From a virus (lineage: Duplodnaviria; Caudoviricetes): DNA of 64,000 nt. Shown here piece after piece: positions 10,676 through 21,483 of this stretch; positions within the stretch are counted from its first letter, which is position 1; the number at the start of each line of letters is the position of its first letter. The stretch lies in the IMG/VR virus record IMGVR_UViG_2883497546_000001, positions 38,246 through 102,245 of that record. One strand, written 5' to 3'. Position numbers and translations under genes: made by a program. The notes under the pieces are model-generated. The model did no database searches. It saw only the letters and a list, made by a program, of their open reading frames with translations, and was not told the origin of the DNA.

Positions 10676-11062
10676 ATGAGTGCGGAAGAAGATCCCAGCT
10701 CCCCACCCATCACTATCTCCCAGGGGATTGCCACCTGGGTGGACCCAGAAACCGGTCAGGTGATGATGGGTACGGTCACTCCAGTGTTGGAGCACCTCTT
10801 CGATGACACCATGATCGAACTTCGCATTTCTTTTCCCAATGTTCCATCAGCAGCCGACGCCCAAAGACTGCGGAGCACATTGCCTGCACTGAAAGGACTC
10901 GCAGTACCCGATGCCTTGCAAGTTTTGGGTCAGTCCAAAGAATACCTCGTAGGGATATTCCACAAGCGGCCCGGCCGTGAGCTGGCTGAAGCATTGCAAG
11001 CCCTCGGCTACCGGATCATCACGTCCATCTTGCCTTCGCCACCGCAATCCTCCCAAAGCTGA
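10676..11062 (+). CDS. Hypothetical protein (128 aa) between direct repeats
   Basis: ATG ORF with ordinary composition, lower GC than neighbours. Confidence 0.6.
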   Translation: MSAEEDPSSPPITISQGIATWVDPETGQVMMGTVTPVLEHLFDDTMIELRISFPNVPSAADAQRLRSTLPALKGLAVPDALQVLGQSKEYLVGIFHKRPGRELAEALQALGYRIITSILPSPPQSSQS

Positions 11063-11656
11063 GCCTTTCGGCACACAGGTACCACCTTTCGCGCAGTGCT
11101 TTAGCGCTATTCGCCGCATGCCCGATGTCGGAGGAGTGCGGCACCACAAGACCCCACATAGCATACCCACCAGATTCCGATGAGCGGTCACAGAGTGTGC
11201 ATCCTCCACAGCGATGGCAATGGCGTTGGCACGGACAAGACACTCAGTCGCGAGCGACGGCCGTATCTTAGCCCTGCCTTTCAAAGCCGGGTAGTCATCA
11301 GACACCCGAACCCACCAGCGCATCCAGGAATCTCTGACTCCCTCAGCGCTCCACGACCCACGGAAAATCGTGCACAGAGCGGAGTCGTCTCGTGAGCCAC
11401 GCCGCGCCCCGGGCAACAAAACACCTCGCCACCTACCACCTTGCGCGCAGCGCCTTGGAGTGCGCGTGCGAAGCACCGCTTTGAACAGCGCCACATCACG
11501 CCCGCGTCAGCCCAGCGCATCCATACTCGCACATCCCGCCTTCGCAGGCCCCCCGGGCTTCCCAAATCACCCTCACCCTCACGCCCACGACAACAGTATT
11601 CCCCAACCACGTCTCATCCGCCTTCACCTCTCTCTCGCCCTCTCTCACCCAATCCG

Positions 11657-11920
11657 CTACATATTATACACCCGCTTCCAATACCAGGTGTCATACGCGC
11701 TTAATGGATCCTTCAACGGTGTGTGCAGTTGCAGGAAATACCACGGCCCCGAGTACACTCGAAACCACGGCTTGGGCTGCACAAACGGCAGGCCCGCTCC
11801 CGTCAGATGCCCCACCACCGGCACACTCAGCACATACACCAACGGCACCGCCAGGATGGAAAACACCCACCCCCACCCGTGGCCAGATTTCTCAGGCATC
11901 TTTTCAGAAGGTCCTTCCAT
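11657..11920 (-). CDS. Small Trp-rich membrane protein, family W copy 2
   Basis: VYVLSVP, PWFRVYSGPWYFL, TPLKDPLSAYDTWYW. Confidence 0.8.
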   Translation of the reverse strand: MEGPSEKMPEKSGHGWGWVFSILAVPLVYVLSVPVVGHLTGAGLPFVQPKPWFRVYSGPWYFLQLHTPLKDPLSAYDTWYWKRVYNM

Positions 11921-11958
11921 GGTTCACTTCGCCTCCACTCCATTCATTTCACTTCACT

Positions 11959-12324
11959 CTACCGCATCTCCTCCTTCATCAGCTTCTCAAACCTCCAATG
12001 GTAGTGCCATGTCCGGTAGCTCTCCAGCGGCTCATGCAGCGGTCGCACCCGCACCAGCCACTCCCACGGCTGCATATACAGATGCAGCCACCTCGGTCGC
12101 TTGTTGTACATCATCCCCCCCGGCGTACCCCCCATCCCACGGTACTCCACCATCGGCAAAGTCAGCACATACACCAACACCACACCCATCACCCCCAGCA
12201 CCGCCCAAGTCATCCCCCTGCCTCCCGCGCCACGTTTACGCTCATGCTCATGCTCATGCTCATGCTCATGCTCATGCTCATGCCCCTCCCGCGAGTCAGC
12301 ATCTTCTTCCGCAGCATTCTTCAT
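11959..12324 (-). CDS. Small Trp-rich membrane protein, family W copy 3, with (HE)7 tract
   Basis: VYVLTLP, PRWLHLYMQPWEWL, PLHEPLESYRTWHY; (CTCATG)7 at 12241-12282. Confidence 0.75.
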   Translation of the reverse strand: MKNAAEEDADSREGHEHEHEHEHEHEHERKRGAGGRGMTWAVLGVMGVVLVYVLTLPMVEYRGMGGTPGGMMYNKRPRWLHLYMQPWEWLVRVRPLHEPLESYRTWHYHWRFEKLMKEEMR

Positions 12325-12571
12325 AAGACACATGAACGAACCAGCCCCTGCTCCCGTCCAAGCGAACACGGCACCAGCGTCTCCCCAGCCTACAAAATCC
12401 CCCTCACCTCATCCACCCAAAAAAGATCCTCCTCCTCCTCGTACTCCTTCTCGCCCTCGAATCCCTCCACCACCACGCACGCAGGCAAGCACGCAATCCC
12501 ACCACTTTTCATTTTTCATTTCGCACCTCTCACTTTGCATTCCTCACCCACCAACCTTCCATCTTCCCCGC

Positions 12572-13315
12572 ATGACCCCCATACACCGCATCCCCCTCCG
12601 CATTCTCTTATCCCTCACGCTGGCTCTCCTCCTCAGCGTCACCATCACCTCCACCGTCACGGCCGACATCACCGCACCCAAGCCAGCCACCGCCAGTGCC
12701 AAGACCGCTGACGAAATCACCTTCGCCGCCCTCCAGGGCCGCGTCTGGGTCCTCGCCCTCGTCGACTTCCTCCACGACGCCAAGCTCAGCGAAAAAGACC
12801 GCAAAGCCGTCTACGCACTCTATCTCTATCACGAGCTCAAAGTCGCCGGCCTCGACGCCGAGCACGCCAACGGCGCCGCCGCCCTCGCCACCAATACCGC
12901 CATCTACCAGCGCACCCTCGGCGAAGACTTCCAGGCCAGGCTCACCCAGGCCATCCGCGTCCCCTTCGAGCGACCCTATCTCGAAAACCCCAAGCTCAAC
13001 GTCACCGAGCCCCAAAGACTCTCCATCACCTCCCACTTCAGAAAACTCCTCGACCCCATCCGCATCGCAGACAAGGACAAGCTGCCCACCCCCGAGTGGC
13101 TCACCGAAATGGATCTCAGCGCCGTCCTCATCAAAGACCTCAAGAACAGCCTCGACCTCTGGAACGACGGCAAAGTCGTCGACGAAGACGAAAACGAAAA
13201 ACTCTACGAAGCCGTCGAAAAGGATCTCGACCGCATCATCGATCGCATCGACGAAGACGAAGACCTCATCGACGAAGCCTGGAAAACCGCCGCCACCGCC
13301 TGGCTTAGGGAGTGA
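12572..13315 (+). CDS. Secreted hypothetical protein (247 aa), acidic helical C-terminus
   Basis: Signal-peptide-like N-terminus MTPIHRIPLRILLSLTLALLLSVTITSTVTA; strong C-ending codon bias. Confidence 0.8.
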   Translation: MTPIHRIPLRILLSLTLALLLSVTITSTVTADITAPKPATASAKTADEITFAALQGRVWVLALVDFLHDAKLSEKDRKAVYALYLYHELKVAGLDAEHANGAAALATNTAIYQRTLGEDFQARLTQAIRVPFERPYLENPKLNVTEPQRLSITSHFRKLLDPIRIADKDKLPTPEWLTEMDLSAVLIKDLKNSLDLWNDGKVVDEDENEKLYEAVEKDLDRIIDRIDEDEDLIDEAWKTAATAWLRE

Positions 13316-13325
13316 TGAGCGGCGA

Positions 13326-13586
13326 CTAAAACATCCACCACTCCTCGTACCGGGTCAGCGGCTCATTTAGCAGACTCGTTCGTTGCAGCCACATCCACGG
13401 TTCCGCCAGCCTCGCCGCCCAGGTCGGATATGGCGCCAGCGGATGCCTCCCCGGCAGCGACGGCCCAAGGCAGTGGAGCAGGGGAGGGATCCCCAGCACA
13501 TACACCAGCACCACTGCCGACGGAGCCAGCACCCACACCGTCCAGCGCCCGCGCTTTCGGACAGTTGGTGTATCAGCAACACTCAT
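13326..13586 (-). CDS. Small Trp-rich membrane protein, family W copy 4
   Basis: VYVLGIPP, PTWAARLAEPWMWL, PLTRYEEWW; ATGA overlap with the upstream paralogue. Confidence 0.8.
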   Translation of the reverse strand: MSVADTPTVRKRGRWTVWVLAPSAVVLVYVLGIPPLLHCLGPSLPGRHPLAPYPTWAARLAEPWMWLQRTSLLNEPLTRYEEWWMF

Positions 13587-13891
13587 GACGTAGGTGCCGT
13601 GAAATAGAAGAACCACTTCATCCACCACTCCCCATATTCATGCATCGGCTTGTGCAGCGGCGTATGGTTGTACAGCACGTCCCCCGGCGCCATGTACCAC
13701 TTCAGCCAGGTCGGCGCTGGCTTTGGCTTTCCCATATCCGGGTGACGCAACCCAGTCACCCAGAACATCAGCGGCGGCAGCGTCAGCAGGTACAGTATCA
13801 GAGCCCCCAGCACCACCATCAGGCTCAGCACCCACCCACTCCACCGCGGGCGTTTTACCGCTTGGGACTCCTTGTTCATCACCTCAGGCAT
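13583..13891 (-). CDS. Small Trp-rich membrane protein, family W copy 5
   Basis: LYLLTLPP, PTWLKWYMAP, TPLHKPMHEYGEWW. Confidence 0.8.
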   Translation of the reverse strand: MPEVMNKESQAVKRPRWSGWVLSLMVVLGALILYLLTLPPLMFWVTGLRHPDMGKPKPAPTWLKWYMAPGDVLYNHTPLHKPMHEYGEWWMKWFFYFTAPTS

Positions 13892-14027
13892 GGTAAATTC
13901 AGATTCCTCTTCATTGCGCCCAGCATCTATCCAAGTCCCGCCTCCCGCCAGTTCAAAAACAAACATCAACCTGAGCGCATCCTGTTCACTCATCTTTTTG
14001 GAGAGACCAGAGTCAAAACATCCATCA

Positions 14028-14094
14028 GGACCGCCCAGAGGGCCTTCGTCCACCCGTCACTCGCATGGCCACCCCCTCACTCTGACGCTCCCGC
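14028..14094 (+). repeat. About 67-bp element R5 (GGA..GCCC.GAGGGCCTTC.TCCACC..CGCCACCC..CTGACG.TCCACC); other copies at 19636, 27206, 28631, 43835, 44640, 51213; partial at 45364, 46821, 40826
   Basis: Seven full copies, all in + orientation, most ending roughly 50-75 bp upstream of an ATG. Confidence 0.8.
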
Positions 14095-14143
14095 CAAAAA
14101 GAGAAACGCCACTAACAGCCCGGCTCGGGACGGATATGGAACC

Positions 14144-14856
14144 ATGAGTGGTCCTGAACTTCATAACACGCCGCCTCGAACGTGGCCGTCAAAGGTCATC
14201 AGGCTCCTTCTACTCGGCTGCTTGTTGCTCGGCGTTGGGCTGGCGTTTCGCTCCATCTACGTCTCGCAAGACCGACCGCTCAAGCGAGAGCTTGCTTTGA
14301 GTATCGGCGTGGACGGTGTGAACTATCCTGTAACCTTCTACCGCACCTTTGCGAACCCCCCGGTCATTGGAGAAATCGTGGAGCACTCACCCCGTGAGCA
14401 CGGGGAACGGCCTTGATCGAGTGGAAACCCGGCACACGTCTGATGCATGTAGAAGGCAAAGGCTTTGCCGTCATTCTCAATCGTAGGCAATTGGACGCAC
14501 TTCGCGAATGCGCGGTGCAGATTCAAATGAAGCGTGTGCCATCATCAAAGCCCGATTTTCACATCCCAGAATCAACGGGTAAGCGATGGTTCCGGGTCAG
14601 CCTGAGAGACCCGGGACAGAAATCACGTGTTCTCTCCTGGAGGTATAGTCGATACGAAGCATCCAGTGTTGAAAAGTCAGTTCCAGAAAGTTTGAAAGAT
14701 TGGCTGGAGGTCACTTTTCCACAGCGTGCACCCTCCATCACCTTTTGTTTTCCAGCCCTGGATATCGAGCTTCGGCGGGATGAGTTCAACGCGTGTGCGG
14801 GAATGGATGTGGACATTGATATCCTGATCGACCAGACCCATGAGCCAAAGCAATAG
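14144..14856 (+). pseudogene. Possible frameshifted membrane-anchored protein (14144-14416 plus 14413-14856)
   Basis: First ORF has an N-terminal TM and stops early; second overlaps it with only a TTG start. Confidence 0.35.
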
Positions 14857-15057
14857 CGGAACAACAGATGTAGTGCGGCTTGTAGAATAGGCTGCCCAAT
14901 ACCGTCGCAGTCTTCCTGTTCTGTCCGAGGCATGAGACACAATTGCCTTTGTTTACACGGTGAAACCAAGGCGCACGAAGCGCACATCTGCCATGGTCTT
15001 TCATGTTCATCCATGTGAGGAGAAGTCGTGACCTCGCATGGCGGAAGGACGCACTCC

Positions 15058-15227
15058 CAAGGAGCGGCGTGCTTTAGCCGCCGTGGGAGCGTGAAAGGCA
15101 TGGCCTGCGCCGCACCGCGCACCATCATGTGACAAGACTCTTTTGGCTGCTGAAAGGGATGTTCACGGTCACTCGGTGTTGCAGACGGGGCGACGCTTCA
15201 ACGGCGGCTAAAGCACGCCGCTCCTTG
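15058..15227. repeat. REPIN-like inverted pair (CAAGGAGCGGCGTGCTTTAGCCGCCGT and its reverse complement)
   Basis: About 27-bp inverted arms roughly 115 bp apart. Confidence 0.8.
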
Positions 15228-15878
15228 GGGTGGCATCCTCGTCTGTTGTGGCAAGGCGATCGAGGCCCCATGCTCGAAGACCATGGATGCTCTCTCAACC
15301 CATGCATCAATGTGGGTAAGAGATAGGGCACGGGTCCCCTGAGGCCGCGACACCGCTTTGAACGGAGACCTACAGTCCCCGCCTTCCCCCAAAGCACTCG
15401 CGGAATCCATCATCTCCAACGTCCCAATCAGAATCCACTTTTGGCACATTCCATAACCCGGTGGGAAGCCGCTGCGTCAGCCTCCCACGGATACTTGCTG
15501 AACAAACGGACGATTCCCTGATCGGTGATTCGGACTGAACTGCGAAGTTGCAGTCTGAAGGACTGCCGGAACCCAGCTCAGGGTTAGGGAGCTTCTAGCG
15601 ACCGACACCCTGGGTGATGTGAAAAAAGTTGTCGGACTCTGAAGGTGTCCAGGAGAGCTTCGCCACGTCATTCCGGGAATTCCCCGCATAGGAGTCCACC
15701 CACTCTGACGCTTCCGTCCAATAGAAACGTCCGCAGAACATTCCCACCCAGTCATTAAATTCTGCGTCCTACGTGTCCTATGTGTCCTATGCTCCCCCAG
15801 CCAACCCTCCAACCCCCCCCGCCGACCCCGAACACCTCACATTGACACCCCATATGCCAGAATGTACTTTCTGGCACC

Positions 15879-16625
15879 ATGGATTCTATCAGCGAAAGTC
15901 TCGCATCCCCAGGCACCTCCGGCTCACCCATCCCGGAACTCTCCGCCCTCGCCCCCACCCACGAAGCCTTCGCCCAGGCCATCTCCCTCGGCGAGGAACC
16001 CGCAGCCGCCTGCCAGCGCCTCTTCCGCGGCAAGACTGCCGCCACCGCAGGGAAAAAGGCCGCCGCGCTTCTCGCAGACCCCGCCATCGCCGCACGCATT
16101 GCCGGGCTGCAGCGTCAGGCCGACCACATCGCCCGCCATCACGCGCACTTCACCAAGGCCGACCTCATCACCTTCCTCGTCGAGACCATCCAGACGCCCG
16201 TCAGCAGCGTCGACCAGCACCACCGCCAGTGCCAGGAGTGGACCCGCGACGAACTCACCACCTCCGGCCGCAGGGCAAACGCCACATCCCAGCAGAAAAC
16301 ACAATCGCCAACTTCAAAGAAGTCCACCGCCACCAAGGCATCCTCTAGAGCCGCGAAAGCAAACGACACCAGCAATGGGGCAGGGGAGGGACTCGGCACC
16401 ATCACCCAGGAAGCAGGCACAGGCACAGGCACAGGCGCTGAAACCGACACCGCACCCGCACCCCCCATCCTCCTCCGCAGCAAAACCAAAGTCCCCAGCA
16501 AACTCGACGCCGCAAAACTCCTCGCCACCCTCTGCGGCTGGCACGCCCCCGCTAAACTCGAAAGCAACGTCGCCCTTGGCCTCGCACCCACCGTGGAAGA
16601 AGCCCTCACCCGACTGCTGCGCTAG
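15879..16625 (+). CDS. terS: Terminase small subunit-like protein
   Basis: HEAFAQA..AAALLADPAIAARIAGL N-terminal helical motif and KTKVPSKLDAAKLLA..GW C-terminal motif; directly upstream of terL. Confidence 0.75.
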   Translation: MDSISESLASPGTSGSPIPELSALAPTHEAFAQAISLGEEPAAACQRLFRGKTAATAGKKAAALLADPAIAARIAGLQRQADHIARHHAHFTKADLITFLVETIQTPVSSVDQHHRQCQEWTRDELTTSGRRANATSQQKTQSPTSKKSTATKASSRAAKANDTSNGAGEGLGTITQEAGTGTGTGAETDTAPAPPILLRSKTKVPSKLDAAKLLATLCGWHAPAKLESNVALGLAPTVEEALTRLLR

Positions 16626-16655
16626 TCCACCGGTGCGACGGTGAGCAGTGCGACG

Positions 16656-16717
16656 GTAAGCAGTAAGCAGTAAGCAGTAAGCAGTAAGCAGTAAGCAGTA
16701 AGCAGTAAGCAGTAAGC
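16656..16717. repeat. (GTAAGCA)~9 heptamer tract downstream of terS
   Basis: Read directly; TAA on the sense strand in all frames. Confidence 0.95.
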
Positions 16718-17029
16718 CGCCGCCATACACGGAACGCCTCACTCAACCTTCGCTGCTCCGCTGCTTTGCGACGAAACCCACCAGCGCACTACCTCCCATG
16801 CGCCCAAGTCCCTCCCACGAGCCACCCTCCGCGCCCTCTGCCTCCTCCCGCGTCGAGACACATCACCTCCCATCACACCGCATACCACCAAACCCAACCC
16901 CTCCAATCCTCTGCGTCCTTTGCCCCTCATGCCCCTTTGCGGTTAACCCGAATCCACCCCTGACCCACCACCTCCCACAATCCAATTCCTCAGGCTATCA
17001 ACTATCAACCCTCAACTATCAACTTACCG

Positions 17030-18622
17030 ATGCTCACCGATAAACTCACCACCCTCCTCTCCGACAAAGCCTGGCGTCTACGCCACCTCTACCTCATCCT
17101 CCCCGAGGACACGAGCACCGCACAGGAAAACACCGGCATCATCCCCCTCGTCCTCCGAGCCGAGCAGGAAACCTTCATGCAGGCACGCCACACGCGGAAC
17201 TTCGTCCCCAAGGCGCGCAAATTGGGCATGTCCACCTTCATCGTCATCGACTACCTCGACGAATGCCTCTGGAATAAAGATACCCACTGCGCCCACGTCG
17301 ACTTCCGCAAGGACGACGCCGCCAAAAAGCTCGCCATCGCCCGACTCGCCTGGGAGCGCGGCCCCGAGCACCCCAATCCCGCCATCGCCGAAATCTGGCG
17401 CGGCCTCCACGCCAAGCTCAAACTCGTAAAGTCCAACGACTCCTGCCTCGCCTGGAGCAACGGCTCCCATCAAGAAGCCAACATGTCCTTCATGGGCGGC
17501 ACCCCGCGCCGCCTCCACATCTCCGAATACGGACCCCTCGCCGCCCAGCGACCCGAAGCCGCCGCCCGCGTCCGCCAGGGCTCCTTCAATGCCGTCCCCG
17601 CCACCGGCATCATCGATATCGAGACCACCATGGAAGGCGGCCCCATAGGCGAGTGTTATGAAATCTTCCGCCTCGCGTGCGATGCCACCGGCCGCCAGCT
17701 CTCACCCCTCGACTGGAAGCTCCACTTCTTCCCCTGGTACCACCATCCCTCCTACACCCTCCCACACCACACCCCGCGCAAGCCCGAGACCGAGCGTTAT
17801 TTCCGCGAGCTGAAATCAAAGCACAACATCACCATCCCATTGGAGCGACAGGCCTGGTACGAGCGCAAAGCCGCCGAGCAGCGCGAGAGCATGTACACCC
17901 AGTTCCCCTCCACCGCAGACGAGTGCGTGAAGGCCACCACGCGCGATCCCATCTACCCCGAGATCACCCTCCTGCGCACCCAGGGCCGGGTAAAAGACTT
18001 CAGCCACGAGCGCAGCCTCCCGTTATTCACCGCCTGGGACCTCGGCATCAGCGACTACACCTCCGGCTGGCTCATCCAGCCCTCCGGTCGCGACCTCCTC
18101 ATCCTCGCCTGGCATGAAGGCGAAGGCCACGGCGCCGCGAATGTCGCCGACGTCATCCGCAACTGGGAATCCCAGTTCAGCCGCCGCATCGCCATGCATT
18201 ATCTCCCGCACGATGCGAATATCCGCGAGAAAGGTTCCGGCCGCACGTATATCGACCAGCTCGCCGCTGCCGGCATCTCCCGCCACAGCATCCGCATCGT
18301 CCCCCGCACCCCCGATATCTGGACCGGCATCAATGACGTGCGCGATATCCTCCCCAAGTGCTGGTTCCACACCCGCACTGACCAACCTCGCAAGAGCCTC
18401 GAAGGCCGCGACCTCCCCTCCGGCCTCCAGTGCCTCGAAGCCTATCGCAAGCAGCCACCCACCCCCGGCGGCGCCCTTCGCCCCATGCCCCTCCACGACG
18501 CCTGCTCCCACAGCGCCGATGCCTTCCGCACCTTCGCCGAAGCCCACGCCGCCGGCCTCATCACCACCCACACCGGCCACGAACCCAAGCCCAAAGTCCT
18601 CATGGGCGTCCGCGGCGCATAA
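17030..18622 (+). CDS. terL: Terminase large subunit
   Basis: Walker A PKARKLGMST, Walker B LHISEYG, IETT coupling motif, nuclease motifs AWDLGISD, HYLPHDA and SHSADAFR. Confidence 0.93.
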   Translation: MLTDKLTTLLSDKAWRLRHLYLILPEDTSTAQENTGIIPLVLRAEQETFMQARHTRNFVPKARKLGMSTFIVIDYLDECLWNKDTHCAHVDFRKDDAAKKLAIARLAWERGPEHPNPAIAEIWRGLHAKLKLVKSNDSCLAWSNGSHQEANMSFMGGTPRRLHISEYGPLAAQRPEAAARVRQGSFNAVPATGIIDIETTMEGGPIGECYEIFRLACDATGRQLSPLDWKLHFFPWYHHPSYTLPHHTPRKPETERYFRELKSKHNITIPLERQAWYERKAAEQRESMYTQFPSTADECVKATTRDPIYPEITLLRTQGRVKDFSHERSLPLFTAWDLGISDYTSGWLIQPSGRDLLILAWHEGEGHGAANVADVIRNWESQFSRRIAMHYLPHDANIREKGSGRTYIDQLAAAGISRHSIRIVPRTPDIWTGINDVRDILPKCWFHTRTDQPRKSLEGRDLPSGLQCLEAYRKQPPTPGGALRPMPLHDACSHSADAFRTFAEAHAAGLITTHTGHEPKPKVLMGVRGA

Positions 18623-19036
18623 CGGAAACGTCGAGCCTAAGCGCAGAAGGCTGCTCCAGAAGCCTTTCAGTCGTGAACCTCACTCCGAATGCAAAATGAA
18701 AAGTGAGAAATGAAAAATGCAAAGTTACGCGTGCACCTCCGCATCGTGTCGAAGTGCGCCCGCATAAAAATCTGTGATGGGGATAAGCAAGGCAATCGCT
18801 CATCGCACACCGACCCATCATACCAGGTCGCTATGCGTCTTGGAGTGCGGTTGCACAGGCCTCCCTTGAGGCCGCGACACCGCTTTGAACGAAGGAACTT
18901 CATCCCGATGTCCCGGAGCACCCCAGCGAAGTCCAGCACTCCAAGCTTCCCACCACCACCACCACTTTGCATTTTTCATTCATCACTTTTCATTTTGCAT
19001 TCCCTTCGTCACAATCACCTCTGCTCCTCACCCCCC

Positions 19037-19618
19037 ATGTCCCGCCACACCAGGTTCATCGCCCTCGCCATCTTCGCGCTACTGCTCGGCATTCCCCTCG
19101 GTTATCTCGTGCTCGCCTGGCACCCGGCAGCACCGCTCACGTTCCATCTGGAACGCGGCGAGCCCACGGTGCGGAATGTGAAACTTCTAGGCAGCTACCG
19201 CGCACGCTGGGTCAGGGTTGAAAACTCCAGCTTCACGCCCATCGAATTTCGCGGCGCCACCCTCCTGCTCAAGTCTGGACCGATGACTTCTTGGGATGCG
19301 CCACCCGGCCTTATCTTGCTTGTGCATGGCGCCCTGATCACTCCAATTCCGCGCACATTCCCGCCCCCGCTGGTTGTTCCTGCACGCGGACGTATCGTGG
19401 CAGATGCCATGCTGGCTCCGCCGCTGGTGGAGGAGCTTCCGAAGGACAACGTTTGCGTCCTCTATCAATGGCAGTCCCTGCCTCGCTCGAAAGCATCCTC
19501 GATGGCGAAATGGCTGCAGGACCACGGACCAGCCTGGGCCGGGAAGTACATCCCTCGATTCGAACCATGGGAAGAGTACACCCCCCTGGAAGGAGCACTG
19601 CCACCTGAGGGGAATTGA
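19037..19618 (+). CDS. Array paralogue 1 (193 aa)
   Basis: MSRHTRFIAL..WHPAAPLTF..VENSS. Confidence 0.88.
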   Translation: MSRHTRFIALAIFALLLGIPLGYLVLAWHPAAPLTFHLERGEPTVRNVKLLGSYRARWVRVENSSFTPIEFRGATLLLKSGPMTSWDAPPGLILLVHGALITPIPRTFPPPLVVPARGRIVADAMLAPPLVEELPKDNVCVLYQWQSLPRSKASSMAKWLQDHGPAWAGKYIPRFEPWEEYTPLEGALPPEGN

Positions 19619-19757
19619 CGATCCATCCATCCTTCGGACCGCCCAGAGGGCCTTCATCCACCCGCACTCCGAGTCGCCACCCACTCACCCTGACGTTCCA
19701 CCCAAACAAGACTTCAGATTTGAACTCTCAATTTTCAAATTTCAAATCCTCACCCCC

Positions 19758-20294
19758 ATGTCCCGCCGCATAAAGCTCATCATCCTCGCCATCTTCCTCG
19801 TGCTGCTCGCCATTCCAACGGTACACTTCTACCTTCACTGGCGGCCCAGGAACCCTCTTCACTTTCAGTTGGTAAATGTTGAGCCACCAGTCGCCGGAGA
19901 TCCCAGGTACGCGCGCACAGCCCGAATCGTGGTCCACAACACCTGCGGCACCCCGATTCACCTCGAGTTTTCAGAGGTCACCAACTCCGATGCACGCGGG
20001 TACGGATACGGGCAGATCTATCCTGAGCTCCGGGTCGGGCCCCATTTGGAAGATACCATCGTCCCCTCGCACGGCAGCGTTGCAATGACCTCCACATGGT
20101 TCCTGGGGGTACCAGGCAACACTCCTCCTGCTGATGACTTGAAGGTGAAGTACACGTGGAACTCTGACCTCAAGTGGCGGACCAGACGCCTCTACCAGCA
20201 GCTCTTCGATCTAGCCCCCAATTTTTTCGCGGGGAAACTCCCTGCAATCGTGACCGACCTCGACACCACGCCACTGCAAGGAGCAGTAAAATGA
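19758..20294 (+). CDS. Array paralogue 2 (178 aa)
   Basis: MSRRIKLII..WRPRNPLHF. Confidence 0.9.
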   Translation: MSRRIKLIILAIFLVLLAIPTVHFYLHWRPRNPLHFQLVNVEPPVAGDPRYARTARIVVHNTCGTPIHLEFSEVTNSDARGYGYGQIYPELRVGPHLEDTIVPSHGSVAMTSTWFLGVPGNTPPADDLKVKYTWNSDLKWRTRRLYQQLFDLAPNFFAGKLPAIVTDLDTTPLQGAVK

Positions 20295-20874
20295 GCGGCC
20301 GGGTGACGTGATCTCCTGTGCCCGACGTTCCGCCCATCTCACAGCACATCTGAATTCCTTCGTTCGTGCGCACTCAATCAAGGAAGAACACCCCGTGAGA
20401 AAGCGCAGGACCTCGCCTCATGAATGAACGTCAGGTCAATAAATAGCCGATGGTGTCAGCAGGGAAATGACGCATAACATACCAACTCATCACCCCAGGT
20501 CGCTATGCGTCTTGGAGTGCGGTGGCACAGGCCTCCCTTGAGGCCGCGACACCGCTTTCAGAGGGGTAGCACCTTCGGAGTTGGAGCGTCACATCTCTCC
20601 ATGATCCTCAACCCCTCCGCCAAAAGCGGTTTCGCGCTTGAGCGCTTGCCACCGCACTCCAAGACGCAAAGCGCTTCTTCCCCGTGCCCGATGAAAGCGA
20701 GCCGAGGTCAGCGTTCGACACGCCCGCATCACCCCCACTTTGCATTTTTCATTCATCACTTTCCATTTTGCATTCCCTTCTTCACAATCACCACGGCCTG
20801 TCTCCGATAGTCTCCCCATTCACTCTATTTCTCGGCCCTGATTTGAAGGCCTAAATCATAGATCATAAATCGCG

Positions 20875-21423
20875 ATGTCCCGCCGCACGAAGGTCATTCT
20901 CCTACTGGTCTCCCTTGCGCTGGTGAGCCTCACCGCAGTGAACCTCGGTCTCGTCTGGGCTCCGGAGAATCCATTGCGCTTCCGCATCATCGCCCCGCCA
21001 CCAGAGAAACTGGAGAGAGCATTCCACGACGGCACGGCACACGTCAGCGGCTACCAGGTGGAAGTGGAGAATACCACAGGTGCCACCATACGCCTGCTGA
21101 GAGCGGAACTGTTCGGGCCGGAGGAGTCTGATGGCAGTCGGGTCCAATTCAGCAACGTGCAGACCGCGTCAGCTGCCGCGGAACAGGACCTGGTCATCCC
21201 CCCACATGGCTCTCGTCGCCTTGAGCTCTCCATGTTCGAGGCCACGTATGTCGCGGAACTTGCCCGGTCAGAAATGACCTGCACCTTCCTCTCCCGGTCC
21301 AAGGAGAACTACATGAATCTCCTCGACTATGTGGACCGCAAATGGCCATCCCTTTCCCTCTCCATGCGCTTCTACCCACTTCTGGATGGGAATTCCGTGC
21401 CAGTCCAGATGAGCGAGCAGTAG
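20875..21423 (+). CDS. Array paralogue 3 (182 aa), related to 39 and 40
   Basis: MSRRTKVIL..WAPENPLRFRIIAP. Confidence 0.9.
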   Translation: MSRRTKVILLLVSLALVSLTAVNLGLVWAPENPLRFRIIAPPPEKLERAFHDGTAHVSGYQVEVENTTGATIRLLRAELFGPEESDGSRVQFSNVQTASAAAEQDLVIPPHGSRRLELSMFEATYVAELARSEMTCTFLSRSKENYMNLLDYVDRKWPSLSLSMRFYPLLDGNSVPVQMSEQ

Positions 21424-21483
21424 ATCCTCCCTCGGATGGGTCCGTGCGTACTCCTCCAATCTCAGATCATAAATAGCCTCCCC

